From assembly GCF_016433145.1 (NCBI RefSeq), contig NC_058130.1:53610355-53674354 (forward strand): DNA of 64,000 bases, given 5' to 3'. Of the stretch, positions 24,365-39,102 are shown piece after piece. How positions within the stretch are numbered: the first letter of the stretch is position 1; every line of letters begins with the position of its first letter. Position numbers and translations under genes: made by a program. The notes beneath the pieces are model-generated. The model made no database searches. It saw only the letters and a program-made list of their open reading frames with translations, and was not told the origin of the DNA. Source of the stretch: Gracilinanus agilis (taxonomy: Eukaryota).

Positions 24365-26330
24365 AGATTTTGTTTTAATAAATTTTTTGTTAGCATATTT
24401 TTATTTTAGATTGCTAAAATTTCTCTCAGTATCCCTTTACCTCCCTTTTACCAGAAAGTCATGCCATATGAGTATTTTTAAAGAAAAAGAAGAGAAATCC
24501 CCCCATCTCAGCAAAACCAATAATTACATGGAAAAAAGACTAAAAATATACACAACATTTCACACTTATAATGCCTCCCACATCTGCAAAACAGTGTCTT
24601 CTCATTTTTCTTTGGGGCCACTCTTATTCTTTCTAATATTGTAACATCATTCATTCTTGATTGTTTTGTGGTGGTTTTTCTTTCCATTTACATTTTTGTT
24701 GTCATTGCATATTTTTTTCTTGGTTCTGCTTACCTTATTTTGCATCAGTTCACATAAATTTTTCCATGCTTCTTTGTGTCCATCATATTCATCATCTTAT
24801 TATACACTAATGTACCATAATTTAGTTAACCATTCCTTTGCCTTGTGGTTATCTATTTTGTTTTTAGTTCTTTGCTAATGCAAAAACTGCTGCTATAATT
24901 ATTTTGATTGAGGGCAGTGAGATGGTTCAGTAGATAGAGAGCCAGGCCTGGAGATAGGAATTCCTGGATTCAAATCTGGCCTCAGACACTTCCTAGCTGT
25001 GTGACTCTGGGCAAGTCATTTAACCCCCACTGCCTAGCCCTTATCACTCTTTTGCCTTGGAATCAATATATAGCATTGATTCCAAGATGGAAGGTAAAGG
25101 TTTTATTAAAATTTTTTTCATGTATGTGGGCATTTCCTTCTTATCAATGATCTCCTTGGCTTATATGCTTAGTAGTGGAATCTTTAAGTCAAAGACTTAT
25201 GGACCTTATAGCAACTTTACTTGAATAATTCCAAATTGCTTTGCAAAGTTATTAAACTGATTTACAGGTCCACCAACAATTGCACTAGCATGCATATTTC
25301 TGTCTTTTGCCATTTGTACCAATTTATTAGCTGTTAGTTGTCTCAGGTTGTTTTGATTTGTATTTTATTGTTAGTTATTTGAATGATTCATATGGTGCTA
25401 ATAGTTTATAATTCTTCTTTTGAGAATTATTTGTTCACATAATATGACCACATCTATTTAGGGAATGATTTATGTGTGTGTTAGGTGTCTATGTATCTTA
25501 GATACCAAACCCTTATCAGAGAAATTTGATACAAAGATTTTCCTTCCACCTGACCACTTCTGTTCTTTTCCTAGATGCATTAATTTTGTTTGAACAACTC
25601 CTTTTTAATTTCTTGTAATAAAAATTATCTATTTTACCTTTTGTAATTGCCTCTATTCCTTGTTTGATTAACAAAACACTTCCTAGCCTTATTTGTGAAA
25701 GTTATATTGACCTACTCTCTAATTTTTTTACTACATTATCTTTAATATTAAAGTCATGAATTTTGTGGCATATTTTATAAAGCGATGGCCTACACTTAGT
25801 TTCTGTCAGACCATTGTCCAGTTTTCCCAGAAATTCTATTTTTGTATCAGATAGAGAGTTCTTTCCTAAGCAATTTATGTTTTTGCCTTTTATTGAATAC
25901 TGGATTATTGACTTCCCTTATTTCTAATTTTCCCTTGTTTTGGTCTGTCTCTCTCTCTCTCTTTTTTTTTTTTAGCCATTGCCAAATGGTGTCAATGACT
26001 GCAACTTTATAATATAGTTTGAGTTCTAGAAGTACTATTTCCCTTTCATTCCTGTTTTCTAATCATTTCTCTTGATATTCTTTCACTTTTTGTTGTGTTT
26101 TATAAAGTATCCCTTTGATAGTTTGTTATGCAGTAAAATTGAAACTTAATTTAGGTAATATTATTATTGTTATTATATTGACACAGGCCTGTCATAAGTT
26201 CCCCCAGCTATTTAAGTTGTTCTTTATTTCTTTAAGGAATACTTTGGAATTGAATCTGTACAAGCAATCTTATAAGTTTTGGTAGAGAGAGTTCCAAAAT
26301 ATTTTATACAGTTTTTAGTTATTTTGAGTG
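24365..26330 (-). mobile_element. Old L1 fragments (3' part and ORF2), with nested SINE at about 24910-25110
   Basis: T-rich antisense L1 texture: cccttatcagagaaatttgatacaaagatttt, ttttcccag. Confidence 0.6.
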
Positions 26331-26561
26331 AGGGACATGATTTTTTTTCAACAAACAAAAGATAAAGACAATCCAAAAGGACAAAAGAAATATCCCTTAT
26401 TACCCAAAATGAAAAAGATTCAGCATGAAAAAAAAATCAATGGAATTAAAATAAGAAGAGAAAACATCAAATGCAGAAAGGGTGAAAGACTTTGTATCAA
26501 ATATTAATGATAAAAGTCTGCCATAAAAAATTAAAAGAGGAGCTATAAATATTTTTATACA

Positions 26562-27442
26562 TGTATTCTAAGTTCTAAAGCCCATTGATATGGGATTCTC
26601 TCCTTATTGGTGGAGACCAGTGTCCAGTGCCTTTTGTTATATTGAAACTCTGGGAGCTAAGAGTCCCACCATTGATTGACAGGTGAAGACTGTTGGATCT
26701 CAGAATGTTCCCAGAGGCCATGAGGACAGGGGAGAAAGTGGTTGGCCAGGGGAGTATAAATACCCTGGCAGCCCCTGACAGAGGGTCTTTTCCTTTTCCT
26801 TTGGACCTGGGATCTGTAGACCCTGGTCTATTGGGATCTGAGGCTTGCTTAGCTCAACCTTGCAAGAACTCCTGTCTGAACCTCATTGACATTTGCCAAC
26901 CTGGATCCAGAATCCTCTTATTCTTCTGTCCCCTAGATATTTAGGTATCCAAACCATCCTTAGATATCTAGGTATCCCGGGGCCCGGGAGGGATCCGGGA
27001 AGTAGGCAGGAGAAGAAGAGGGTGGAAAGGGTGGTTCCTAAATGCTGTGAAAGACATAACATCTGGCAAGAAGAAGAAGCTGAGAGACATCATACAACAG
27101 TTTGGCTGTGGTCAGGCTGAGCCAGAGGAGCTAGAACAAGCCAGAATCACTCACCTGCCTACAGTCCTGAGGGATTAATATTATCAAAGATTAGTTTAGG
27201 GTTTCCTATTCCTCTTCCCATTTCCTAAATATTCCTTCCTTGCCAAAATTATATAAACTATTCAAGTACTTTTCTGGAGTGGTTGTGTCATCACTTCTCT
27301 GGGAAGAGAGCAAATGCAGTCAGATAAACGTGTCCAAAGCTAATAGAGCCCAATATCTATCAGGTGGGACCTGAAAGGGATACCCATCCATTGACCTGAA
27401 GAATCCTGCCTGGGCACTGTTATAAAGGAGGGAGGTGTTACA
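26562..27442 (+). mobile_element. Probable solo LTR
   Basis: tgta...ttaca termini; TATAAATA at about 26755; GC-richer interior than flanks; TSD imperfect. Confidence 0.55.
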
Positions 27443-28339
27443 ACATCTAACTAGGTGGCAAGACTCAGGTGATCTTGCACTAGCCACATATATGAACTAC
27501 CACTGCTGTCACCCATTTAGGAGTGGTAGTATCCAGTTTACCCTCTCCTTTATTTATAACACTTTGTGAGGGGCAGGGTATAGTTGGTGAGAGGAAAAAG
27601 GGAAGAGGCCCACTCTTTTCAAGTCTCTTGAGTCTTGTCAGTTTCTTTGGGCACTTCAGTCTTTGGATTTCCTATGCTTCTGGCTTCTAGCCTTGTGGCA
27701 GAAGATAGATGATGTCAGTCCCACTTCAGGTTGCAAAAAGGAAAAGACTGGAATGAAGCTGATCAATAGGATCTAGCAGTTTCCATCATGTCCCTATTCC
27801 CAGCTTGTTATACTAGATACTTTGGGAAACTTTCACTTTGATGAGATATAGAAACTTCTCTTGGCTAAAATGAGTTATTCACTCTCTGTGAGAGATCTCC
27901 TTCACTTTGAATTTTCTGATATATATTGTCCTGTGTGAACTTTTTCCCCCTCTTCACCTGAATAAATAGGTTTATTTGCTAATTTCTATGTGGATTCTTT
28001 ATGGGACTGGTATTTAGTGGGAAGGGAGTCAAGCCTTGGAAATAAAGCTTAGAGTTCTCCTTCCTTATTAAGAAATTGTGATCAGAAGTTTAGCTTGAGC
28101 CTGAAAACCATATCCCCTACCCTAATAATATTTAAGAGATCAGATAGATGTAATTTGAACCTGGTACCCCGCTGTGTCTGAGGAGATCAGGCTTTTGTGA
28201 CCAATCTCCTGGTTTTTCCTCCTTGTAGGAAATAAAGCATCCCTTGGAAAAAGGTAGGGGAAGAAGAGGCTAAAGATGTCTATCCTGCCTCCCTTTGAAC
28301 CACCCCACAGCACCTTAATGCTACATGTGGAGGACAATC

Positions 28340-30560
28340 CTTCCTACATACTCATGAAACATTTACTATTTCTCTGGTTTCCTTGGAGTATTGGTCTAGT
28401 AATAATATAGCTAGATCAAAGGACAGGTTGTTTAGTTACTTTCTAGACATAATTCCAAATTGTTTTTCCAGAACAACTGGACCAGTTACTCAGCTCCACT
28501 CACAATACTCTTGAGTACCTACCCACTTTTTCACATCCCTCCAACATTTATCATTTTGCTATTTTCTTCATCTTTGCAAGTCTGATAGATGGAATCTTAA
28601 AGTTGCTTTAATTTGCATTCCTTAAATAGTAGTTTAGTTTCCCCCATATTGTTTTTCCCATTTAAATTTTTTTGTTAGTTTGTTAAAGTTCCCAAGTATT
28701 TCCTTCCATCGATCCCTTATTGCATTAGAGAAAGCATTATTTGAAAAAAAAAGTATATATAAAACTATGTCTTGCTTGTTTCTATTTATCAGTTCTTTCT
28801 CTGGAGGTAGACACACACAAGTTATTCTTCAAACGATATTTCTGTTGTGTATATAATGTTTTCTTGGTTCTGCTCATTTTGCTCTTCATAATATCACGTA
28901 CATTTTTCTATGTCCTTTTAAAACTGGCCTACTCAGGGGCAGCTAGGTAGCACAGTGAATAAAGTGACAGGCCAGGACTTGGGAGGACTTGAGTTCAAAT
29001 ATAACTTCATGTTTTATGTGCTTGCACATGTTAAAACATATATGTATATATATATGATTGCTTACTGTCTTAGGGAGGGGGAAAAGGGGAGAGCATTTGG
29101 AACTTAAAACTTAAAAATATATTAAAGTTTGTTTTTACATGCAATGGGAAAAAATGAAATATTACTGGGAGTGGGGGAACATATAGGATAAAATACAATA
29201 AATATTTTTATTTATTAATAATAAAGAAGAGTTTGAAATATTTTTAGAAAGAAAAAAATATCTGGCTTCAGGTTCTTTCTAGTTGTGTAAGTCTGGGCAA
29301 ATCGCTTAACTCCAATTCCTTTGACCTTGCTGCTCTTCTGTCTTAGAAATGATACTAAGACAGGATTTAAAATAAATAAGCAAATAAAATTAAACTGCTC
29401 GTCATTTGTTAAGGCACAGTAGTATTCTATCACAACCATATGCCACACCTTGTTTAGCCTTTCCCCAATACTATTGTCAATAGCTTGCATTTATTCCTTT
29501 AAAACTGATTGTCCATGTGCTATGATAATTTATCTATTGGAAAATGGCTCGAAATCTTATAAATTTGAGTCAGTTCCTTTTAGATCTTGGAAATGAGACT
29601 TTTATCAGAGAAACTTCCTGCAAAGATTTTCCCCCAGTTACTGGTTTCCCTTCTAATTTTTATTCCATTAGATTTGTTTGTGCAAAATCTTTTTAATTTT
29701 ATATAATAAAAATTGGGATCTTCTCTTTGACTAGTTGAATTATGGATTCTTCCCTTATCCATAAATTCAAATGATAATTTCTTCCTTGTTCCTCTCTTTT
29801 GTTTAGGACATGATATTTTATATCTAGGTCCTTGTATCTATTTGGAGCTTATCTTGATGTATTTGTGTGAGGTGTTCATCTAAACCTAATTGCTCCTAGA
29901 TTGCTGTCTAATTTTCCAAGTAGTTTTCTGTTAAATAGTGAGTTCTTTACCCAGTAACTATGATATTTGGATTTTTCAAATACTATACTACTATAATTGT
30001 TTCCTTCTGTATATTGTATATATAATGTGTCCCATTGTTAAACCTCTTTCTTTTTTAACCAGGACCAAATCATTTTATTTTTTATTTTTTAGAAACCCTT
30101 ACCTTCCATTTTGGAATCAATACTGTGTATTGGTTCCAAGTCAGAAGAGTGGTAAGGGCTAGGCAATGGGGGTGGAGTGACTTGTCCAGGGTCACACAGC
30201 TGGGAAGTATCTGAGGCCAGATTTGAACCTAGGACTTCCCATCTCTAGGCCTGGCTCTCAATCCACTGAGCTACCAGCTTCCCCGCCCCCAAATCATTTT
30301 AATTGAAGATCTGATATTGATAGGCCCTGTTCCTTAACATTTCTTTTCATTATTATCCTTGAGATTCTTGACTTATTGTTCCTCTAAATAAATTTTGTTA
30401 TTTTTTTCCAACTATATAAAATATCCTTTTGGGAGTTTGTTACAGCACTGCATAAGTATAGGTATTATTGTCATTTTTATTATATTCATTTGACTTGCAA
30501 TGAACAATGAATATTTCTCCAGCTATTTATATCTGTCATTTCTGCATGGTGATTCTTAAT
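28340..30560 (-). mobile_element. Old L1 ORF2 fragments with nested SINEs
   Basis: ORF 29580-29762 (IKLKRFCTNKSNGIKIRRETSNWGKIFAGSFSDKSLISKI) and 29215-29490 (GERLNKVWHMVVIEYYCAL) are L1 ORF2-like. Confidence 0.7.
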
Positions 30561-32429
30561 TAAATTATTAAATATAGTCACTAGGGGAGTTTTTTATCTG
30601 TAATATATTAAAAAATGAGAAAGAAAGAAATAAGAACAAAAGCTATTCCCCAATAGATAATCAGTCAGAAAATATGAACTTTTCAAAAGAATTATAAACT
30701 AATAAATATATGAACAAATACCCCAAAACACTAGTAATAAGAAAAAATCAAATAAAAATAACAAAGTTTTACCTTACCTCCAGCAAATTGGCAAAGATAA
30801 CAAAAGCCAATGATGGAGAGGTTATATAATTAGACAAATTAATAAATTGTTGGTGGAGTTGTAAATTAGTTTAGCTATTAAAAAAAACAACTTACCTTCT
30901 GTCTTAGATTTGGTACTGTCAATCTTTTAACAATTTTTAATTTTATTTCAAACAAAGAGAAAATAGTTTTTCTTCAGTGAAGATGTTTATTTTCCATAGA
31001 GAAAGAGAATTCAAAGAAAACACATGTGTGGGGGCTTGGATAGACCCAAGCCCCAGGGAGACTGGAGGTTACAGATGTTATTATAATGTTTTAAGAAAAA
31101 GGAGAAGGGTCTTCTAGAATTGAGCATTGTGGGAAAACTTCTGCCCAACACTGGAGATATTGTCAACATTTTGGAATGTCCTCAAGATGGCAAGATGGAG
31201 TTCAGATAAGATAAAGGGAAAGCAAAGAATTAGGGCACACACCTTTTCTGTTGGTCAGAAATATCTAAAGTTATTTATAAGACATACATTGCTGTCTTAT
31301 CAGATGTTCCAAAGCAATTATAAACATTAAAAAAAAACAAACATTAGAAACTTGTTAACCTTTGGAGTTAAGTGATTTGCCCAGGGTCATGCATCTAGAA
31401 AGAGGTCAGATTTGAACTCTGGACCTCTCATCTTTAGGTCTGGTTCTCTATCTAATGAACCACATAGTTGCCTCAGTTCAACCACTTTGAAAAGCAATTT
31501 AGAATTATGCCATTTGCAGAAATATCTATAATAAAAATGGCTAAATGTTCATACCCTTTGACCCAGAGATTCCACTGCTAAGTGGAAGCATGTTTAAAAA
31601 CCTTCTATTTAGTAAAAATGAACATATTAAGAAATAGTTTTAAAGAAAAATAGATAGATGGAAGATAAAAAGGCTTTTCTTAGGGAAATGGATTAAGGGT
31701 GATATTTAACTATTTTTCCGAGATGACTAACTGTTCATTAGTAAACATCCACCTTTTTCTACCTAGAAATGATTATGATATCTTTGGAAGGAAGGGAATC
31801 TTTGTTAGTGGTTTGGTTTTACTCAACTATTCTTGAATAGTAACCCCAAACAGCATCTTTTATGTATCTTTTTCTTATTCAAGATTGTAATAAATGTTAG
31901 TTCTCAGATTTTTTTTACACCTAATTTACTATTTATTTTAAATTTTCTTTTCTTTTTAAATTTCAGGTTCCAAATTCTCTCTTTCCCTCCCACCCTTCCT
32001 CTACCCACTGAGAAGACAAGCAATGTAATGTCAGTTATATGTGTGAAACTGTGCAAGACATATTTCCATTTGAGCCATATTTTCTTTGAAAGCAAGAAAA
32101 TAAGGGAAAGAGGAAATTATACTTCAATTTGCACTCACAATTTCTCATTTATCTCTCTGGAAGTGGATAGTATTTTTTCATCATGAGTCTTTTGGAATTA
32201 TCTCTAATTATTGTATTGATCAGAGTAGCAAAGTTTTTCACAGTTGATCATCATTGTTATTACTGTGCACAGTGATCTGTTTTTTTTTTTACTTTGTTTC
32301 AGTTATAAAAATCTTTCCATGTTTTTCTAAAAGTATCCCTCTTCTAATTTCTTATAGCACAATTATGCTTTATCACATTCACATGCCACAACTTGTTCAG
32401 TCATTCCACCACAAAAAGAGATACAATAA

Positions 32430-34030
32430 ATATTTTTGTATACATAGACTACAATGAAAGAAGCCTCTGGAATATCATATTCTAAGGCCTCCACTCCTTT
32501 AATGCAGAAGGTGCTAAATGTTGTGTGATCTTGACTGTGGCTCTATATTTGAATTGTTTCTAGTTGCTAGCAATATTTTCTCCTTGACCTGAGAGCTCTG
32601 GAATTTGGCTAAACTATTCTTGGGAGTTTTCATTTTGGAATCTCTTTCAGGAGGTGATTGATGTATTCTTTCAATTTCTATTTTGCCTTCTGTATCTGAG
32701 ATTTCAGGGCAGTTTTCCTTGATAATTTCTTGAAATATGATGTCAAAGATCTTTCTTCAATAATGACTTTCAAAGAGTTTAACAATTTTTTAACCCATGC
32801 CATCTCTCTTAGAATCAATATTAAGTATTAGTTCCAAGACAGAGGAGTGATAAGGGCTAGGCAAATGAGATTAAGTGACTTGCTCAGTATTTCACAGATA
32901 GGAAGTATCTAAGGCCAAATTTGAACCCAGGACCTTCTGTCTCTAGGTCTGACTCTATACACTGAGCTACCAAGGTGCCCCAGATAGTTCAATAATACGT
33001 TTTTTTAAACCCTTACCTTCCATCTTAGAATCAATACTGTATATTGATTCTAAGGCAGAAGAGCAGTAAGGGCTAGGCAATGGGGGTTAAGTGACTTGCC
33101 CTGGGTCATACAGCTAGGACGTGTCTGAGGCCAAATTTGAACCCAAGAACTCTTATCTCCAAGTCTGGCTCTTTATCCACTGAGTCATTTAGTTGTCCCA
33201 ACTTTCTTTCACTCTTCTAGGGTTTCTTTTCAGGTTTGGATCCCAATTAATGTTATTCTTTAAGGTTTTTTGGGTAACCTTTTTCATATTATCATCTTCT
33301 TTTGAGTTTATATCTTGATCTTCCCTGCCTCTGTAGTAACATTTTATAGTGAAATTCTTTTTCTGTTTGCTCATTTTTCCAGCTTTTTTTTTTTTTACCT
33401 TCAACTTTATGTTAAAGTTGACTTCTGTTCTCTTGGGGGTGGGAAAGCACTGTCCCAAGCTTAGGCTTTCTTGTACTGCTTTTTTCAGAGTTATTTCTGG
33501 AGGTCTGCAAATTTTTGGTGCTTTCCAAGTGGTATGATCTTAAATGGGATATGGTCACTGTTCTCCTGGTCTGTGTTCTGGTCTTTACCTGGGAAGATCC
33601 CCAGTCTCTGCACCCACTTAGAAATCCTCTTTGCCTTAGAACTGTACCTAGGGCCCCTACTCTCTTGTGACCAATCATAAGTGCTCCTTTTTGCCCTGGA
33701 ATTGTGACCCAGAACTGTGCGTGGGCAATTAAGTTGCTAATCAGCACCAATTATATCCAGTGCCTGTAGAAGATCCCTGATGATCTCTTTCTGACCAGCT
33801 GTTATTCTTTCTAGGCTGAGAGTTCCCAAAACTGCTGCTGTGGACATTATTTATGCCATCATGTGTGTAGGCTCTGGAGAAACCTCCACCTTGATGCCAC
33901 AGACCTCACCTACTGACTTCTGAAGTTTTCCTAGGTGAGAAAAATGTTTCACCCTGACTTTTTGTTGCCTCTGATACTTCAAAATTTGATTTGAGGTGTT
34001 TTAAAAAAGTTGTTTGGGGGGAAATGTTTG
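32430..34030 (-). mobile_element. L1 5' region (5' UTR plus ORF1 start) with nested SINEs
   Basis: MSKQKKNFTIKCYYRGREDQDINSKEDDN within ORF 33189-33458 resembles the marsupial L1 ORF1 N-terminus (recalled). Confidence 0.6.
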
Positions 34031-37000
34031 GAGAGTTTAGCTGCGTGGCTTCCCCTAGTACAGCACCTACTATAAATGTTATTTTGGTTCATCCTGGGAC
34101 AAAAACTTATTGTGAAAGGCTTGAGAGATTATACCAGTATGGACAACTGTCTAATCTGGAAATGGATCTGATAATGATAAATTAAATACATTGTTTCTGG
34201 AATCCTTATGTCCTTTAGAAAACACAGAGTACAGTATTAATATTAATATTTTTCTTCAACATTAGGCATATACCCCAAACATGTCAGTTCATGTACTGAG
34301 CCCTACTTGGAGAGTAAAGCCAGTGAATTATTTGGGCATTGCTGGTCTGATGGGAAGAGACTTGCTTGCTCAGTAGCCTCAAAATATGTTTACCTTCTGA
34401 GGAGAATCTAAACCACAGGATGTGGTTTATAGGCTCTGTGGGAAATAGGGGCTAACAAAAATGTCAGAGAGTTGCCCAGAAAAGCAACTCCAAATCTGAT
34501 TCCTTACCAGCAGGATGTTGACGTGCTATTGAGTATATTATGTCTTCTGCTTACCTTCTGGGTTCCTGTAAGTCCTTTGTACTTTTAGCATTTTTCATGG
34601 GAGTGAAAGATGCATTAAGTACAATTAATGCTTACATAGGAACAAGGATTAGCATTTAAAGGGAATAAGGAAAGGCTTCCCATAGGTGTGGTTTTACTTA
34701 TTTTTATTTTATTTTATTTTCCTTATAACCCTCACTTTCTGTCTTGGAATCAATGGTAGATTGGTTCCAAGGCAGAAGAGCAGAAAGAGCTAGGCAAAGG
34801 GGGTTAAGTAATTTGTCCAAGGTCACACAGCTAGGATGTGTCTGAGTCTAGATTTGAACTCAGGACCTCTCATGTCTAGACTGATCTAGACAATCCACTG
34901 AGCCACCTAGTAGGTGAGATTTTTAGCTGAGACTTGAAGGATGCTAGGGAAGCCAGAAGGCAGAGATAAGAAGGGAAAGAATTCCAAGCATGGGAGATAG
35001 CCACTGAACAGAATTGGGAGATGGAGTGCCTTGCTCAAGGAACATCAATGAGGCCAGCATCACTAGATAGAGTACATAAGGGAGGGAGCAGGTAGGTGGC
35101 TCCTTGGATAGAGACCCAGGCTCAGAGACAGGAGATCCTGGGTCCGAATCTAGCCTCAGAGACTTCCAAGTTGTGTGACCCTAAGCAAGTCACTTAACCC
35201 CCATTGCCTAGTTCTTGTCTCTCTTCTGCCTTGAAACCAATATACAATATTGATTCCAGGGCAAACGGTAAGGGTTTAGAAAAAAAAGTAAAGAATGCAT
35301 GGAGGAGGATAGACTGGTGAGTAAAATAAGAAAAGGCTAGGAAGGTAGATGGATAGCAGGTTGTAAAGGGCTTTGAATACCAAAAAGACATACGAAGAGC
35401 ATACCAAGGAGGAAAACCAGGATTGTCAGTGACTTCCAAGGCCTAGGGACCAGTGGAAATGTTTGTTCCATAGAAGAGAAGACAACATTGGGATGTGAAA
35501 GCTGTCCTGTGGAGGAAGGACAGCTGAGTCTTGTTTTTCTTGGACTAGAAGTATAGGGAGCAATGGGTGGAAGTTTTAAAGGGCCAGGTTTGTCTTGAGA
35601 AAATAAAAACTTCCCAACAGCTCTCCAAAATGCTTCAGGAAGTTATAGCTTTCCTCCTCACTAGAGGGCTTTAAGCAGAATTTGAATAACTATTTGCTGG
35701 AGTTGTTATTTAGGTAAAAGTTGGATTTGATAGTCTCTGAGGATCCTGTCATGTAGCTAGATGGTACACAGGATAGAGTACCAAGACTCAAGTCAGGAAG
35801 ACTCATCTTCCTGATTTCAAATCTGGCCTCAGACACTAGCTTTGTGTCCCTGGGTGAGTCACAACCCTGTTTGCCTCTTTTTCCTCATCTGTGAAATGAG
35901 CTAGAGAAAGAAATTGCCACTCACTCCTGTATCTTTGCAAGGAAAACCTCAAATGGGGTCACAACGAGCTGGACATGATTGAAAAACAACAAGAAGGTCC
36001 TTTCAAACCTTAGAGTCTGTGATTCTATCATAGGACTTCATAAGAGCATAAATTTGAGCAGGAAGGGTGGCTGCTAAGCCCCCTTCATTTTACAGATGTA
36101 GAAATGAAGACTGCAAGGAATTAAGTAATTTGCACAGCATCACATTGCTAATAAGTGCCTTAGGAAAGATTTGAACTCAAGACTTCCTAACTCCCACACC
36201 AGAATTCTCTCCACTGAATTATCTAACTGGCTTTGTCAGAAAGGTAGAAGGAATTTGACAGGGGCAGAGACAACAGAACTCCATCCTAGTAGCTCTCCTC
36301 TCTGAGGAGAAAGAGATCTGAACAGTGGTTTAGAATATGATGCTCTAGTCTTCTATCTTTTAGGTTTAACCTTAGGATCCTTTCTTAACATTCTCTTGAG
36401 TTTATGTCCACATCCAGAGATAAATCTGAGGCCTTTAGGCTCTTACTCATATCTAAGTCTCTCATCAAAAAAGAAAAACAAACACAAACACAAAAAAAAA
36501 CAGATCCTTAGTTCCTGTGAGCCAGCTAGGTGGTGCAGTGAACAGAGTGCTAGGTCTAGATTCAGGAAAGACCTGACTTCAAATCCAGCCTCAGACTCTT
36601 ACTACCTGTGTGATCCTGGGAAAGTCTCTTAATCCTGTCTACCTCAGTTTCCTCAACCATAAAATGGGGACAAGGGACAACAGCACTTATTTCATAGGCT
36701 TGTTGTAAGAATCAAATGAAATATTTGTAAAGTACTTAGCACGATGCCTAAATATAGTAGGTGCTTAATAAATGCCTCTCTCCTTGCCTTCCCACACTCA
36801 GGCTAACAAGCCATAGAATGTAGTCCAGGTTTTGTTTACCCCAATGGAAAAACCTGAGGACTCTCATCCAAGCTTGTGAACATTCAAGACCATTCCTGTC
36901 CTCTAATGATCCCTTCCCCAAGGCACTTCATACACCATGATTCATGGTTCCCCATAAAGGGTAAGGGGGTGAGTAGTGAGATAAGTAGATCCAAGGTGCT

Positions 37001-37553
37001 TCTCTTACCAAACTATGTGGCCATGAAGGCTTCTTCTCAGGGAATGAATTCTTGTCCTGGCTCTGTTTTTCATTCCTTAGTGGGTGGGTCGGTGTTTCTG
37101 CCTATTAGCAGAATACAAACTTGCCTTATCCTGGGTGCTTTTTGCCCTGTTGATGTGGTCCTTTGTTCTAGCATTTGTTATGAAATTCTGGCAGCAATTT
37201 TTGCCAGATTTGTGTATCCAGCTCTGGTATGTCTGCTTCTCTCTCTGGAGGACTGTGGTGTCTCTTTCCCCCACCCTTAGGAGGATGAATGAGCATTGTC
37301 TTTCTTTAAAAATTGTCGATGCTCTTTTCCCTTTTTAAAATGTCACTATCACTTCCAAAAAGCTTCTGCCCATACCCCCATAAGCTCCTCTGTTGAGACA
37401 AATAAGTAGTCAAAGAAAAAAAAGAGAATAGAAAAAGCAACACATTAATGATGATTGGAAAGGTGGGCTTCATTCTGTATCTATAATCCACACCCTCTCT
37501 GCATGCTCCACCATCAGATTGCTTCTAGTTTTCCTTTAAAAACACAGCTGAGA

Positions 37554-37750
37554 GGGGGCAGCTGGGTAGCTTAGTGGAGTGAGAGTCAGGCCTAGAGACA
37601 GGAGGTCCTAGGTTCAAACCCGGCCTCAGCCACTTTCCAGCTGTGTGACCCTGGGCAAGTCACTTGGCCCCCATTGCCCACCCTTACCACTCTTCCACCT
37701 AGGAGCCAATATACAGAAGTTAGGGGTTAAAAAAAATAAAAAATAAATAA
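37554..37750 (+). mobile_element. SINE1_Mdo-like SINE
   Basis: Near-consensus body; cacagctga flanking duplication. Confidence 0.82.
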
Positions 37751-38059
37751 AAGCACAGCTGAAAGATCGACTTAAGTGCATCAGTGTAGTATCAAACTAT
37801 AGAATTATATTACTGCCAAAGTGCCATCATAAATACTAGAGCAAAGGGCTACATCATTAGGGCAAAAAGAACCCAGGCAAGGCAAGTTGACATTTTGTCA
37901 AAGAGTTCAGCTCATCCAAGGAATTTCACATCTTGTATAAGAGGCAGTAGCAGAGTGGGAAGCCAAATGGCAGAATGAACTGACAGCCCACTTAGAGACA
38001 AGAGATCCTGGAGTCAGATTTGGTCTTGGACACTTCCTAGCTATGTGACCCTGGGCAAG

Positions 38060-39102
38060 TGTAATGGAGGATTATTAAGAATGTAATCTAGGGGGCAGCT
38101 GGGTAGCTCAGTGGATTGAGAGCCAGGCCTAGAGACGGGAAGTCCTAAATTCAAATTCGGCCTCAGACACTTCCCAGCTGTGTGACCCTGGGCAAGTCAC
38201 TTGACCCCCATTGCCTACCTTTACCAGTCTTCTGCCTTGGAGCCAATACACAGTATTGGCTCCAAGACAGAAGGTAAGGGTTTAAAAAAATTTTAAAAAA
38301 AGAATGTAATCTAAATGGTTTTGTGGGTTCACACTGGATTGAAGGAGAGACAGGAATGTCTGATGGTCTGGACCAAACAGGATAGGAAGACCAGGGTTTA
38401 CTGCCAAGCTGTTAACTGTCACAAAAATGGCAGTTTGGCCAAAAGTCACTTAGCTCACCTAGGTTAAGGCCTATGTAACCAGCAGGCAACAGGTAAAAGC
38501 TGTAACAGTTTTAATTGAATAAACAAATAAACAAGGATGTAGGGATTCTACTTTTAACAACTAAGGACAAACCACAAGGTCAAGGGAGGGACTTAACTAT
38601 ACTATTCTATTGACCAAAGCCAGGCAGGGCCCAAAGGAAGCAGTACTGAAGTCACAGGGAGGCTCCTCCAAACCTGGTTCCAGCCAGGTATGGTCAGCTC
38701 AGCTAAAGGGCCTGAGGATGGCTTTCAATTGTGATCTCATGGTAAATCCAAGGATGGTCTCAGGATGCCAGGAGCCAACTCCACCAGGAGAGGTAGAGAG
38801 AGAGTTTGCAATGCTGTCCACCAGATCACAAACCACTTCCCCACTTGGTGCTGCTCTGCAGGTCTGTTGTCCTCTGCTGAAAGTCTCTACCTCTCTCAGG
38901 ATCCCAGGGAATCTGGATGCAGGTCTGTCCTTAACTCTGAGTTCTCCCAGGGTTAGCAACAGTTATGTCCAACCACTATGGAGTCTCTCTCAGAGAGCAA
39001 GAAGCACACTTCCTGCTTCTTCATTCCATCTTGGAATCCTCCAGCCCTTCCTGCTAGGTCCAACACTAATACTAAATTAATAACTAAATAACCCTCACAA
39101 CA
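38060..39102. mobile_element. Solo LTR inserted in a SINE and itself containing a younger SINE (about 38091-38300)
   Basis: TG...CA termini; 4-bp TSD CAAG (38056-59 and 39103-06) splits the SINE motif gggcaagtcatttaac. Inner SINE flanked by aagaatgtaatcta. Confidence 0.8.

Noticed and set aside
34519-34525. TGACGTG as a CREBH/UPRE site for CIDEC
   Set aside because: A single 7-mer 13 kb upstream among repeats, which is expected by chance.
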